Source: Nocardioides sp. (GTDB taxonomy: Bacteria > Actinomycetota > Actinomycetes > Propionibacteriales > Nocardioidaceae). From it: a stretch of 64,000 bases of DNA. The notes under the pieces are model-generated. The model did no database searches. It was not told the DNA's origin and saw only the letters and a list, made by a program, of their open reading frames with translations. The stretch is from assembly GCF_030655615.1 (NCBI RefSeq), contig NZ_JAURVJ010000029.1:1867-65866 (forward strand). Direction: 5' to 3'. Made by a program: the position numbers and the translations under genes. Below, in pieces: positions 18,497 through 29,506 of the stretch; the stretch's first letter is position 1; each line of letters begins with the position of its first letter.

Positions 18497-19174
18497 CTAA
18501 AGAGTCCCAGTCATGACTCCCGACGTTGCATTAGCAGCCGTGGCTGTTGCCGTGGCGCTACCAGATGTGATCGCGTAGGAGGTGGCGCCACTCGTAGACC
18601 CAACTGCCGTGACGAACACCAGGTCGGGGGCGGTTGCCCCAGCAGCCAGCGCCGCCTTTGATACGAAAGTAAAGGTGACGACCTTCGTGGCGTTGTCAAT
18701 GGATGGCGGCGTTGCCGTCGACAATTCCCAGTTGGTTGTATCAAACGTGTATTGGCCGTGTCCGCGGGCCGTGCCCGAGGTCGTCTGAGGGGCGAGAGTC
18801 AGAGTGAGCGTGACGATCTCCGATCCCGACCCGCCGGTGGACTTGACACCCGAAACCGTGGTGGTCAAGAGCGCCGGGTTGGCGATCGTTGCAGGCAAAG
18901 TCGTCGCGGTCTCCGTGAAGGAAATGTACGATGTACCGCTCCAGACAAACCACTGCTTACCAGCAGTCTTCACACGATTGCTTGCTGCGAGACCAACGCT
19001 CGTAATGCTGAGCACAGTCGGTGTGGAGTAAGCGGCGAACGCCGGTGCCGCTGACATCACAGAGATGACTGGCGCGCTCCATGCCGCGGTGCGTACCAGC
19101 GTACGACGGCTGAAGCTTCGGTTGCCCAACGAGACGGGGGCATCTGGGGCTTCAGGGGCGATTTGGGCGTCCAT
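18497..19174 (-). CDS. Secreted Thr/Ser/Ala-rich protein with twin-arginine-like leader (SRRTLVRTAAWSAP...APAFAA)
   Basis: AAGGAG RBS before ATG 19174; leader closely resembles 8501..9082. Confidence 0.75.
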   Translation of the reverse strand: MDAQIAPEAPDAPVSLGNRSFSRRTLVRTAAWSAPVISVMSAAPAFAAYSTPTVLSITSVGLAASNRVKTAGKQWFVWSGTSYISFTETATTLPATIANPALLTTTVSGVKSTGGSGSEIVTLTLTLAPQTTSGTARGHGQYTFDTTNWELSTATPPSIDNATKVVTFTFVSKAALAAGATAPDLVFVTAVGSTSGATSYAITSGSATATATAANATSGVMTGTL

Positions 19175-19529
19175 ATCGGGCACTCCTTGAAGAGATTGTT
19201 TGCGTGGCTGATGCCAGGCGGGCCGTCGACGGCGCCGCTTGCAGACACTAACCCGGTTCAGCGAGCCGCGTCAGCATCTCGTCAATCTGGTGGTTGTCAA
19301 CGCGAAAAGTTAACGCGCCCGTTTTCTGTGGTTGGCTACCGGCCCGCCACGCAGTGCCGCGCTGCGGGACGGCCCGTTCGTACAGCACGCGTTCACCATC
19401 GCGGTACCTACGGAGCGGGACCGGGCGACGATAGGGCAGACACGATGCTCTCAGGTCCACCTGCTCGCTAGCCCGTGACAGTCAAGTCATGTCCTCTGAA
19501 TAAGTTGCGCGTCCAACTCAGGGGCATCA

Positions 19530-20504
19530 TCAACCAGCCTCGCGCAGTCCGCTGGCGTTCGAGCGGTACCAGTCAACCGTCCTCGAGATCCCGTCTCGCA
19601 ACCCGATCGACGCGGTCCACCCAGCGTCCCGCAGCTTTGTCACGTCCAGCAACTTTTGCGGCGTGCCGTCAGGCTTGGAGACATCCCATTCGGTCCTCCC
19701 CGTAAACCCAACAACCTCGGCGACGGTGTCGGCAATCTCTCTGATCGTGTTGTCCCGACCGGTTCCCACATTGACCTGCGCGGGGCCGTCATAATTCTCC
19801 AACAGATGCAGGCAGGCCGCTGCCATATCGTCCACGTGGAGGAACTCACGCCGAGGCATGCCGGTACCCCAATTGGTGACAGTGTCGGCTCCCGCTTGGA
19901 GGGCCTCGTCGTATCGACGGATGAGCGCTGGGAGAACGTGGCTGCCGGTAGGAGAGAAATTGTCGCCCTCGCCATAGAGGTTCGTGGGCATTGCCGAGAT
20001 CCATGAGCGCCCATACTGCCGGCGAACCGCCTGAACCCCGAGGATTCCTGCGATCTTGGCAATCGCGTAAGCATCGTTGGTCGGCTCGAGATGCCCGGTT
20101 AGTAGTGCTGACTCTTCAATGGGTTGTGCAGCCATCCTGGGATAAATACACGATGAGCCGAGAAACAACAGCCGTTCCGTTCCGAACTGCAACGCTGCAT
20201 CCATGACGTTGGTCTGTATTCTCAGGTTATCCGAGAGGAAGTCGACCGGGTAGGTATTGTTGGCTAGAATTCCCCCCACCTTTGCGGCAGCCAACACGAC
20301 GTACCGCGGATTCGTCTCGGCGAAGTAATCAAACACGTCGCTTCGTACCCTCAGGTCAAGTTCAGTGGATGAACGGCCACGAAGATCGTGAAACCCGCTT
20401 GTCTGAAGGTGCCGCACAATAGCTCCGCCAACAAGACCACGGTGTCCCGCGACGTAGGTCACTGCCTCGCGGTCTAGAGGTCGCACCTCTTTTTCGGCGT
20501 TCAC
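19530..20504 (-). CDS. fcl: GDP-L-fucose synthase
   Basis: [58 protein letters not shown]. Confidence 0.95.
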   Translation of the reverse strand: MNAEKEVRPLDREAVTYVAGHRGLVGGAIVRHLQTSGFHDLRGRSSTELDLRVRSDVFDYFAETNPRYVVLAAAKVGGILANNTYPVDFLSDNLRIQTNVMDAALQFGTERLLFLGSSCIYPRMAAQPIEESALLTGHLEPTNDAYAIAKIAGILGVQAVRRQYGRSWISAMPTNLYGEGDNFSPTGSHVLPALIRRYDEALQAGADTVTNWGTGMPRREFLHVDDMAAACLHLLENYDGPAQVNVGTGRDNTIREIADTVAEVVGFTGRTEWDVSKPDGTPQKLLDVTKLRDAGWTASIGLRDGISRTVDWYRSNASGLREAG

Positions 20505-21541
20505 CGAGAAGGGTCCTGCATCGGCCAGCCAGCCAACCGCACGGAATCAATCCATGGACGGCCTTCGTGCTTGAGAGCCTCAATATCTGCGTCAACCATT
20601 ATTCGAGCGAGTTCGGCCGTATCTACGGCTGGCTTCCAGCCCAGTTTGGCCTCCGCCCTGGAGGCGTCGCCCACAAGCGCATCAACCTCAGTCGGTCGTA
20701 GGTACCGTTCATCAAACCGCACGTGCTCCTCCCAATTGAGCCCGGCGTGCTCGAAGGCCGTAACGACGAAGTCGCGGACGGTGAAGTTTCCGCCGGTGGC
20801 CAGCACGTAATCATCAGGCTCATCTGCTTGCAGCATCCGCCACATGCCTTCTACGTACTCCGGGGCATACCCCCAGTCACGAACCGGGTCGAGGTTACCG
20901 AGATAGACGTGGCTCTGTGAGCCAGCCTTGATGCGAGCAACTGCACGAGTAATTTTCCGCGTGACAAACGTTTCGCCACGGCGAGGTGACTCGTGATTGA
21001 ACAAAATACCGTTTGTGGCGAACATCCCGTAACCTTCACGGTAGTTGCGAGTCACCCAATACGCGTACACCTTGGCGGCGCCATACGGCGAGCGTGGGTA
21101 AAATGGCGTCTCTTCGTTCTGGGGAGGGGGCGTCGCACCGAACATCTCAGAACTCGAGGCCTGATAATAGCGACATTGAACCCCCGCCATCCGGACGGCT
21201 TCGAGAAGCCGCATGGCTCCGACTCCGGTGGTATCACCGGTGTGCTCAGGCTCGTCAAAACTGACGCGGACGTGCGATTGCGCTGCCAGGTTGTAGACCT
21301 CATCAGGTCGGATCTCCGCAATCAAGGTTACGAGTCGAGCTCCATCCGACAAGTCTCCGTAGTGCAAGAAAAGTCTGGCGTCACGGTCGTGCGGGTCCTG
21401 ATACAGATGATCAATACGCGCCGTGTTGAAAGTCGACGCACGGCGGATTAGTCCGTGCACCTCGTAGCCCTTCCCAAGTAACAACTCGGCCAGGTAAGAC
21501 CCATCCTGGCCGGTAATCCCGGTTATGAGTGCTTTCTTCAT
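20501..21541 (-). CDS. gmd: GDP-mannose 4,6-dehydratase
   Basis: [64 protein letters not shown]. Confidence 0.96.
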   Translation of the reverse strand: MKKALITGITGQDGSYLAELLLGKGYEVHGLIRRASTFNTARIDHLYQDPHDRDARLFLHYGDLSDGARLVTLIAEIRPDEVYNLAAQSHVRVSFDEPEHTGDTTGVGAMRLLEAVRMAGVQCRYYQASSSEMFGATPPPQNEETPFYPRSPYGAAKVYAYWVTRNYREGYGMFATNGILFNHESPRRGETFVTRKITRAVARIKAGSQSHVYLGNLDPVRDWGYAPEYVEGMWRMLQADEPDDYVLATGGNFTVRDFVVTAFEHAGLNWEEHVRFDERYLRPTEVDALVGDASRAEAKLGWKPAVDTAELARIMVDADIEALKHEGRPWIDSVRLAGWPMQDPSR

Positions 21542-21909
21542 GATTCTCCCTAAGGCCGACTGACCAATGCTTGCAAGTCTGCCCAGTTGCGCTGATCGCC
21601 AACTGGTGGCAGAAGCCTCGCACAGAGGTCCGTTCAGCGCGGTCTAACGTTCCGGTTTCGGGCCCGGACCGCCGATCAACGTCGCAGTGCTGGGCGTCAG
21701 GGCGCGCGCACCTGAACCGCAGTTCTTGGCGGACACCTGCATCAGCTGGCCGGACCGTTACGCAGGCAAGACTCAGAGTCGCCCTCAACACACCACCCCT
21801 TGATCGCTGTTCATCGAGACGTTGCGCACTCCCCGCGGCCAACTGGTGCGAGACTGACTACTGTGTGTGCCATGAGGTCCAGCGAACCCGCGATGACACA
21901 GGCCAGGTA

Positions 21910-22683
21910 GTGCAGCAACCCGCTAGCGAGCGCGCCACTAAGCAGTTCGCCAGGATACCTGTGGCGACCCTCACTTCCGAGGCGGCGATATCAGAACTTA
22001 TCAACACTGCTCTGCACGGGCCCGCGACCACTTACCGTCTTGTGAATGCCGGGACGCTGGACGCCGCGTCCCGGGACCCGGCGTACCAGCGGCTCTTGGC
22101 TGGGGAGGGCGTAAACCTTCCAGACGGTCGCCCCCTAGCTTCCGTCCTGCGTCGCACTCATCCCGCCGATCAAGTCTGCGAGCAGGTGCGAGGACCATGG
22201 CTGTTCGAGACGTGCCTCGATCGAGGCCGCGAGTTTGGGCTCCAGCATTACCTGCTCGGGTCTACCGAGGCCACCATGGTCGAGCTGCAACGTCAGATCG
22301 CCGTCAAGTTTCCCGGGGCGTTGGTTGTCGGCACATACTCGCCACCATTTCACCAACAGACACCAACTCAGGTTCAACACCAAGACCACCGGATTCGCAC
22401 CAGTGGCGCACACATTATCTGGGTTGCGCTTGGTACTCCTAAGCAAGACGCGGAGGCTCTACGGATTCTTCGCAGTACAGGGCAGACGACGGCAGCCGTT
22501 GGCGCAGCATTTGACTTCACAGCAGGAACCAAAGCGACGGCACCAAAGTGGCTCACCACCCATCATATGGAGTGGTCGTACAGATTGTTCAGCGAGCCAC
22601 GCCGACTCTGGCGCCGCTACCTGATCGGTAACACGCGGTTCGTAATACTGACACTACGTCACTGGTTTCAGAATCGAAGTTGA
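21910..22683 (+). CDS. WecB/TagA/CpsF family glycosyltransferase
   Basis: NLPDGRP, HYLLG, GTYSPPF, WVALGTPKQD, VGAAFDF, EWSYRLFSEPRRLWRRY; start uncertain. Confidence 0.88.
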   Translation: MQQPASERATKQFARIPVATLTSEAAISELINTALHGPATTYRLVNAGTLDAASRDPAYQRLLAGEGVNLPDGRPLASVLRRTHPADQVCEQVRGPWLFETCLDRGREFGLQHYLLGSTEATMVELQRQIAVKFPGALVVGTYSPPFHQQTPTQVQHQDHRIRTSGAHIIWVALGTPKQDAEALRILRSTGQTTAAVGAAFDFTAGTKATAPKWLTTHHMEWSYRLFSEPRRLWRRYLIGNTRFVILTLRHWFQNRS

Positions 22684-22689
22684 CAAGTC

Positions 22690-23820
22690 GTGCATATAGC
22701 AGTCGTACACAGCTTCTACTCGGCCGACCAGCCAAGCGGTGAAAACACTATGGTTGCTGAGCAGGTCGATCTTCTTCGACACCACGGCCATCGAGTCAGT
22801 TTGATTGCACGTCGAACCGACGACTACAAAGGGTCGACGCAATATGCGATGGTGGCCGCTACCAGAGTCGCCACCGGCTACGGAGCATCGCCTGCTCAGG
22901 AGCTTGCCGCCCTGCAGCCTGATGTTGTGCACCTGCATAACACGTTTCCAAATTTTGGAACGAGGTGGCTCGAGCGGTGGGGAATGAAAACGGTCGCGAC
23001 CTTACACAACTACCGTACGGTTTGTTCCGCGGGCACTCTATTCAGAGACGGCCAGGAGTGCTTTGAGTGTCTTGGACCGTCAAAGTTGCCCGCTATCAGG
23101 TACGGCTGTTACCGCGGGTCGCGTAGCCAAACGCTGCCCCTCGCAATCGGAGCCACGCGAGTGGGTGGTTTCCGACCCATCCTTCGTCATCCAAAAACGT
23201 TGGTTGCTTTAAATGATCAAATGGCTGAGATAATCGCATCATACTCAGGACGTCCCGTAACCGTTATTCCGAATTTCGTGTCCGATGCAGATGCAAGCAC
23301 TGCCCACTCCGACTCCTGGGCTTTCGTCGGGCGGCTGACGGAGGAAAAAGGACTGGTTGATCTGCTGGCGAACTGGCCACCTGGCCGGCAATTACACATT
23401 TACGGAGACGGGCCCCTCCGCCCTCTCCTGCAGAGCCAGCACTCCGCTGAAACGGGCGTTCACTGGCACGGGCTAGCGAATCGCGTCGATCTGCTTAAAA
23501 CCTTAGGCCGATTTACCGGACTCATTGTTCCCAGTTTATGGTCTGAAGGTTTGCCAACAGTTATCCTCGAGTCACTCGCTCGTTCGGTCCCGATAGTAAT
23601 CTCCACCAGAGTCGCAGCAGCTCCCGCGCTCATAGCAGCGGGGGTAGCGGTCCCTATGTCAGTCGGGCCGATCGCGAGGGATGGTCTGATCGACGCCTTG
23701 AATCAGGTACAGGGACGAGGCGACCAAATGAGACGCCAGTGTCGCGTGTACCACAGAAACACCTTTAGTTCTCAAGCGTGGCTCGATGCAATAACGGCGG
23801 TGTACGACAAGTTAGGTTGA
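22690..23820 (+). CDS. Glycosyltransferase family 4
   Basis: SGEN, VHLHNTFP, TLHNYR, FVGRLTEEKG, PSLWSEGLPTVILESLA. Confidence 0.88.
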   Translation: MHIAVVHSFYSADQPSGENTMVAEQVDLLRHHGHRVSLIARRTDDYKGSTQYAMVAATRVATGYGASPAQELAALQPDVVHLHNTFPNFGTRWLERWGMKTVATLHNYRTVCSAGTLFRDGQECFECLGPSKLPAIRYGCYRGSRSQTLPLAIGATRVGGFRPILRHPKTLVALNDQMAEIIASYSGRPVTVIPNFVSDADASTAHSDSWAFVGRLTEEKGLVDLLANWPPGRQLHIYGDGPLRPLLQSQHSAETGVHWHGLANRVDLLKTLGRFTGLIVPSLWSEGLPTVILESLARSVPIVISTRVAAAPALIAAGVAVPMSVGPIARDGLIDALNQVQGRGDQMRRQCRVYHRNTFSSQAWLDAITAVYDKLG

Positions 23821-24144
23821 ATATCGGTTAAGCGTGCGCCTAGCTGACCCGAACCAAACTATGATGCGGTCAAGTTCGGTATGTGGCCTGATACAATATC
23901 GCACAATTAACACGCTTCAGGCGGGCGGCCAAACTCATCGGCTTGGCGCGAGCGCCCCGCTGAATGAAGTTGCATCGATTCCCGGATGACCGATCCGTCA
24001 AACTAACACTCGCCCATGTGTTGACGAATGGACTACTTTCAATTCAACCAAAAAAGTGTGCGTAAACAGCCCACGCCACAAAGAAGGCGTCGGTGAGATA
24101 AGACTTGGCTAGCACTTGAATCCACCAACGAAGGGCAATCTGAG

Positions 24145-25464
24145 TTGCAGTCATCCTTCAAGAAATCAGCCGTTCAAGTCGTGGGTTCTGCCGCACTCGC
24201 GCGAGTGATTGTGGCAGCCTGCCAACTAACAGTTGTGCCGGTGGTCATTGGGACGTACGGCCACAGTGGCTACGGGACATTAGCCACCATCTTGTCGACA
24301 TCCTCGGTCCTCGTGGTAGCCGATCAAGGCTTAGCAGCTGGCGTTCGGACGTACGTCGCGGAAGCTGCGGCCTCAGGAAGTCTAGAGACAGCAAAAACGG
24401 CCATTCGGCTTGGCGCGCGCCAAACGGCCAAACTCACATTAGCCGTTTGGGGGATCGTTGCCATTGGCGAACTCACTGGTGCATGGACCCCAGTGCTAGG
24501 GCAGCAATCCCATCTAATCAGCGTGTATATCAGTATTTGCGCAAGCCTGATCTATTGCTCAGTCATCTTCAGAGCTCTAGAGGGCCTCGGCAAGACCGCC
24601 TGGGTCGCACTCTTCCCGATCTTAAACGCGGTATGGCTACTCGGCGCGGCTATTAGTTGCAAAATTCTTGATGCGCCATTCGTCGCGATAGTGGCCCTTG
24701 CCGGGGCTGCGAATCTACTTGCGGCCATTTGCGGGGGGAGGCTTTTAAAGAGCCAACTGACCGAACACTTCGACCTACGGTCGCAGCAACGAGTGACCGC
24801 CGCTAGCGTGACTTCTAAGGAAATATGGGCAACCACTTGGCCTATGATGATTATCTCGATTGGTATCACAGCGTCGTTCAGTATCGACCCGATCGTAATT
24901 ACCTCAACCTTAGGGGCGCGAGTTACAGCAGACTACGCCGTGGTTGAGAAACTATATGCCATTTCGTTCGCCGTCATGACAAGCGTCTTTCCGCTTCTAT
25001 GGACTCACTTCGCGACATCTCGATCCGAGGGACGAGTCAGCGTGTCCGCGGTTCTTCGGGCCGCCTACTCGTTGGCCGCGGGCGCGACTATCCTAGGGGT
25101 CGGCCTCGTGCTGGGAGGACCTTACTTCCTACAGGTCTGGCTCGGGAACGAGGTCAAAGATGCCCGTCTGCTTCTCATCGCATTCGGAGCACTGCTTGTG
25201 TCGTTCGCACTTCAGTTGGCGCCAGCTGCGGCCATGAGCGACGCCCACGGACTACGGCGCCTTGCTCTTATAACTAGTCTTAGCGCTGGCGTAAACGTTC
25301 CAATCAGCATTGTGCTAGCTGAGAGTATCGGAGTCACAGGGCCAGTCTGGTCGTCGGCTGCCTGCCTTTTGCTGATTCAGGTGGTACCAATCTGGGTTAT
25401 GATCATCAAAAGATTTCCGCATCACGATCAGAGGGCTATCCAAAGTCATAAGGCTGGTAACTGA
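24145..25464 (+). CDS. Wzx-type flippase / polysaccharide biosynthesis membrane protein
   Basis: About 12 hydrophobic segments; YGHSGYG near N-term; VNVPISIVLAESIGVTGPVWSS. Confidence 0.75.
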   Translation: MQSSFKKSAVQVVGSAALARVIVAACQLTVVPVVIGTYGHSGYGTLATILSTSSVLVVADQGLAAGVRTYVAEAAASGSLETAKTAIRLGARQTAKLTLAVWGIVAIGELTGAWTPVLGQQSHLISVYISICASLIYCSVIFRALEGLGKTAWVALFPILNAVWLLGAAISCKILDAPFVAIVALAGAANLLAAICGGRLLKSQLTEHFDLRSQQRVTAASVTSKEIWATTWPMMIISIGITASFSIDPIVITSTLGARVTADYAVVEKLYAISFAVMTSVFPLLWTHFATSRSEGRVSVSAVLRAAYSLAAGATILGVGLVLGGPYFLQVWLGNEVKDARLLLIAFGALLVSFALQLAPAAAMSDAHGLRRLALITSLSAGVNVPISIVLAESIGVTGPVWSSAACLLLIQVVPIWVMIIKRFPHHDQRAIQSHKAGN

Positions 25465-25465
25465 A

Positions 25466-26260
25466 ATGAAGTTCGCTGTGGTGACACCCACCTACAACGC
25501 ATCTCGACACTTGGCGCCAACGGTGGAAAGCATAATTTCGCAAGACGGATTGCAGGTCGGACGCCACACCTTGGAATACGTGATTCGAGATGGCGCGTCC
25601 ACGGACAGAACGGTCTCCATCGCACGCCGGTTCGAGTCTCTTGGAGTCAGCGTCTACAGCGAGCCTGACAATGGCATGTACGACGCGCTTCACCGCGGTC
25701 TTTCACAGGTCGAAGGCGCGGTTTATTTCTACCTCAATGCCGGCGACTTATTACAGCCAAACGCATTCAATCTAGTGGCGGAGGCCGTTAGTCGCGGTGC
25801 GAACTGGCTCACCGGAATGGATGTCTACTATGACAATGCGGGCAATATTGTGAATGCCCGTCGGCCACTTCGATACCGTCGCAAATATCTCAGGAAATGC
25901 TACTACGGACGCACCTTGCTACCAGCGGTTCAACAGGAGTCAACGTTCTGGACCGCTGATCTAATGCGTTTGGTGGATCTACAGGAACTATCAACATATC
26001 GACTAGCTGGCGACGCATTCCTGTGGCACACCTTCGCGCATTCGGCGGACCTCGCTATCGTTGACTACGCATTGGCCGGGTTCAAATACCATGGCGAGCA
26101 CTTGAGTTCACAGGCAACTGTCTACGCGGCCGAATGTGAACGCTTCGCAGGCAAAATTGGGTGGTCGGACCGCGCATTAGCTCTCGCTGAGCGCACCCTT
26201 TGGGACTTGCCACCTCGATTTACGGACAGACAGGCACGCTCAGGCCGGCTGCCTAACTAA
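25466..26260 (+). CDS. Glycosyltransferase family 2
   Basis: VVTPTYN, RDGASTD, EPDNGMYDAL, YLNAGD. Confidence 0.88.
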   Translation: MKFAVVTPTYNASRHLAPTVESIISQDGLQVGRHTLEYVIRDGASTDRTVSIARRFESLGVSVYSEPDNGMYDALHRGLSQVEGAVYFYLNAGDLLQPNAFNLVAEAVSRGANWLTGMDVYYDNAGNIVNARRPLRYRRKYLRKCYYGRTLLPAVQQESTFWTADLMRLVDLQELSTYRLAGDAFLWHTFAHSADLAIVDYALAGFKYHGEHLSSQATVYAAECERFAGKIGWSDRALALAERTLWDLPPRFTDRQARSGRLPN

Positions 26261-27110
26261 TAAAGCGCGCTATACCCTTCTTGAACTTTTTATCCTGGAC
26301 TTTGCGCTGTTCTGGAGTCGCGTAACGGACGTCGTTTCGCAGCGATGAACTAGTTGGTACAAAGACAAGGTCGACCTGGGCTAGAGCGCCATCGAGAGGC
26401 CGATATTGCGACTCGATAATATCGTAAATCGAAAACTGATTATCAGTCATAAAGTCAATAATCTCAGTAATCGAGGCGCCATCCTGGAAGAACTGAAAGA
26501 GTGAACATTCAATAACTGCCACAGCGGTGCTTTCCAGTACCGATTTTGCGCCTCGCAAGACAGTCAGTTCAGCACCCTGCACATCAATCTTGAGGAGAAA
26601 CTGCCCAGTGCGTTCAGTGACTAACGAGTCAAGCGCGATGCTATCCACGGTTCTTTCAACCGATCCAAAATCGTCAGCCGACTCCGCCAAAAGAGACGAG
26701 CCAAGCAAGTCACGGTGAACCTTGAGAACTGTAGGCTGATCATCTGATCCGATTACACCAATGAATAGCGTGGCACGTTCGACCGACTTGGAAACCTCAC
26801 TGAGAGCGGGCTCGAACTCGGCAAGCGGCTCTGCGAGGTAGTGGTGCGCATCGGGGAACGTCTCAAGCAAAGCAAACGTCCCGAACGCAGCCCCGACATC
26901 GATGACTACGTTTGGCCGGAACCCAATATCTCGCAGGACTCTGAGGCTACCAGCTAAGGCGTCTCTGTTCACCCCTAAATATGGGTCGGCCGAGGGTACT
27001 CGACCAAACTGCAGGCCGTGGGATCGACGCCGAACCTCTAGTCCCAAAGCATTTAGACTCAGCAACATTCGCTGCCGCAACACCGCAGTTGGACGTGCAC
27101 GAGGCATCAT
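26253..27110 (-). CDS. FkbM family methyltransferase
   Basis: VIDVGAAFG, AEP, LLKIDVQGAELTVLRGA, QVDLVF. Confidence 0.85.
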   Translation of the reverse strand: MMPRARPTAVLRQRMLLSLNALGLEVRRRSHGLQFGRVPSADPYLGVNRDALAGSLRVLRDIGFRPNVVIDVGAAFGTFALLETFPDAHHYLAEPLAEFEPALSEVSKSVERATLFIGVIGSDDQPTVLKVHRDLLGSSLLAESADDFGSVERTVDSIALDSLVTERTGQFLLKIDVQGAELTVLRGAKSVLESTAVAVIECSLFQFFQDGASITEIIDFMTDNQFSIYDIIESQYRPLDGALAQVDLVFVPTSSSLRNDVRYATPEQRKVQDKKFKKGIARFIS

Positions 27111-27955
27111 AGTTTCGACATCGCTCCCTGTACATTTTGTAAACTCGTCGGAGAACTCATCCAGTCTAACTTCAAACCCACACCGTACTTCTGGGCGCGG
27201 CGTTCTCGAACCTTCGAACCGTTCAGCATCTTTCTCGAGAGGTGATCGACGTTCCCAGCAAAACGCAGCACGGGGGCAAAACGTCGTATCGCTGCTACGC
27301 CATACTTGCGCTCTAGCCCGACGATCTCCACGTCATCGGATGGCGTTGCTATCGCCGTCACATTGGCGCCATGGTTCAAGAACACACCAATGGGTTGTGA
27401 CAGATAAGTGAACTTTACCCCCTGGGTCCACAAGCGGAGCCATAAGTCCCAGTCCATTACCTTGCGTAACTCGGGGTCCCACGGCTCCTCCCCCAGGATA
27501 GATCGTCTGATCAAGACCGAGCAGGTCGGGACTACAGTCCCGTAATTTCGCAGTGCAAACGAAGACAACTCGCGTAACGCAACAAGCCGCTGAAATTCTG
27601 CGTCTCCATCAGCCAGCAGAAAGTCGCCAAAGACCACATCAGCGTTTGTCTGCATCGCACGGCGATGCAGAGCCGCGAGCGCGCCGGGGAGGTAGAACTC
27701 ATCTGCATTCAACCACGCAATCCAGTCACCCGAACTCCTGCTGAAGGCCTTATTCAAAGCGTCGCTCTGACCTTTGTCGCTTTGTGAGTTCCAAAGCAAA
27801 CCACCATACGTATTCAGTATCTGGGGCGTCTCGTCGGTCGAGGCGCCATCCATTACGACGTGCTCCACGTCGACCTGATCCTGAAGTCGCACTGAATCAA
27901 GTGACATCCTTATGAACTGCGCATAATTAAAACTTGGTGTAAGTACCGAAATCAT
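27107..27955 (-). CDS. Glycosyltransferase family 2
   Basis: MISVLTPSFN, MDGASTD, DKGQSDALNKAF, WLNADE, MDWDLWLR; ATGA coupling. Confidence 0.88.
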   Translation of the reverse strand: MISVLTPSFNYAQFIRMSLDSVRLQDQVDVEHVVMDGASTDETPQILNTYGGLLWNSQSDKGQSDALNKAFSRSSGDWIAWLNADEFYLPGALAALHRRAMQTNADVVFGDFLLADGDAEFQRLVALRELSSFALRNYGTVVPTCSVLIRRSILGEEPWDPELRKVMDWDLWLRLWTQGVKFTYLSQPIGVFLNHGANVTAIATPSDDVEIVGLERKYGVAAIRRFAPVLRFAGNVDHLSRKMLNGSKVRERRAQKYGVGLKLDWMSSPTSLQNVQGAMSKL

Positions 27956-29319
27956 CCTCGAAAGTCCTCCATCCGATAGTTGGCTCTCGCCTCTCGTGCT
28001 CTGCATGCCAGCACCCCAGCTGCCCACCAAAACGGCACGCTGCCAAAAGGTGACTCTAATACGACTCCCAGAGACGCCGGAATAACTAATGATACAGCGA
28101 CGAGCGCGGCTATAAGTCCCAGATCGCCCTCGTCCTTCCCGAGGCCACCCGTTCTCCAAGCGAACGAAAGAACGACGGCGACCATCAGCGTTAAGAGCGC
28201 AAGCCCGATAATGCCTAACCTTATAAAGCTTCCCAACCAGTAGTTGTGCGGTGACCTCGTCGCGGTTTCTCCACTGTCTAGCTGATAACCACCGCCGACA
28301 AGCAACCGGCCGGCGGGCGTCTCAGTCATGAAGTCTGGTCCGAAGCCAACTCCGAACGCCGTCTTCGACGTCGAAGATGTTCCATATTCGACTAGATACG
28401 ACCATGTCCTCTCCCTGGCGTCAGCCGTACCTCGACCGCTAGCAGCCAGTGCTTGAGACTGACTACTGGTCTGGATGCCAGGTATGACGCCTGCGAGTCG
28501 CGCCGTGGCAGCAGTGCTTGGCTGCACAATAATTAACCCGACGATTACTGCCGCGAGCCCAAACATCATCAACTCGTTGCGCTTGCGCAGTGAGCGCCGG
28601 CGCTTCACCGCGTGACGAAGTGCAACGAGCACTGCTACCGCCGCACCTAACGTGCCAGCGCGCGACTCGGACACGACCAGGATGGCGATCGCCGACCCGA
28701 CGATTGCAACGTCAACCATCCAGTACTTCCGCTCGCCTGAAACTACCCGATGCAATGCTAGGGCAAGCGCAACTCCGACAATCGCGGTATCGAAATCACT
28801 TCGCGTCTCAAATATCGGTACGCCATCAACAACGGGCGTGATCGTTGCAATCGGAGGGTACAGCACAAAGCTGACTAGACACCAAACGAGGTGACCATAT
28901 AACCCCGCGACCAAAAGTCGTGACGTACGCCGCTTCGCGTCGGGTGATGCACGTGCATACGACGCCCAAGACACCCCCATAGCCACGACGTAAGCGTACG
29001 GAACAAAGTCACGAATAGAATCTCGACTTATGTCTGCTGACCACAGGTACCGTAAACCAATGTAGGAAACAAAGACCAAAGCAGTCGTACCTAGTATGCC
29101 GCTAGTAGATTTGACCCGCGGGTCAAACTTACTTAAAGAAAGCAGACATGCTAGCGAGCCACCCGCGAGCAACACATCGCCAATATAGACTCCAGAGGAC
29201 CCGATATGCGACCCCCACCGACCGCCGAACAGTAGCAATGCCACCGCGGTGGTCCCATACAAGCGTCGATTCGTCTCGGTCGACACCCGAAGTTGGCTCA
29301 TCCCGCCACTCTTGGTCAC
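27952..29319 (-). CDS. O-antigen polymerase/ligase (Wzy_C-like)
   Basis: Multi-TM; SESRAG, FGVGFG, SPHNYWLGSFIRLGIIG. Confidence 0.8.
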   Translation of the reverse strand: MTKSGGMSQLRVSTETNRRLYGTTAVALLLFGGRWGSHIGSSGVYIGDVLLAGGSLACLLSLSKFDPRVKSTSGILGTTALVFVSYIGLRYLWSADISRDSIRDFVPYAYVVAMGVSWASYARASPDAKRRTSRLLVAGLYGHLVWCLVSFVLYPPIATITPVVDGVPIFETRSDFDTAIVGVALALALHRVVSGERKYWMVDVAIVGSAIAILVVSESRAGTLGAAVAVLVALRHAVKRRRSLRKRNELMMFGLAAVIVGLIIVQPSTAATARLAGVIPGIQTSSQSQALAASGRGTADARERTWSYLVEYGTSSTSKTAFGVGFGPDFMTETPAGRLLVGGGYQLDSGETATRSPHNYWLGSFIRLGIIGLALLTLMVAVVLSFAWRTGGLGKDEGDLGLIAALVAVSLVIPASLGVVLESPFGSVPFWWAAGVLACRAREARANYRMEDFRG

Positions 29320-29506
29320 TCAAGGATTCTAGCGGCTACCAAAGCGCAGATGTCGAGATCCGACGAATCGTGAGAAGGTCGGCACAGCAGGACGATGCGC
29401 GGCTATGGTTGGACTATTGATTGTTCCAGTGTGCGGCAACGTAACACTGCGACTCTCGCGGATGCCCTCGATGATGTGCACAAGCTTCGGAAGGATATGG
29501 CTGATC

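Noticed and set aside
9147-19325. Shared ACGGGCGCGTT motif upstream of the two RR-WxxP genes
   Set aside because: Only 11 bp, GC-rich and in opposite orientations; likely chance
21571-21909. Long N-terminal extension of the WecB/TagA gene
   Set aside because: No similarity to the family; probably the divergent promoter region shared with gmd
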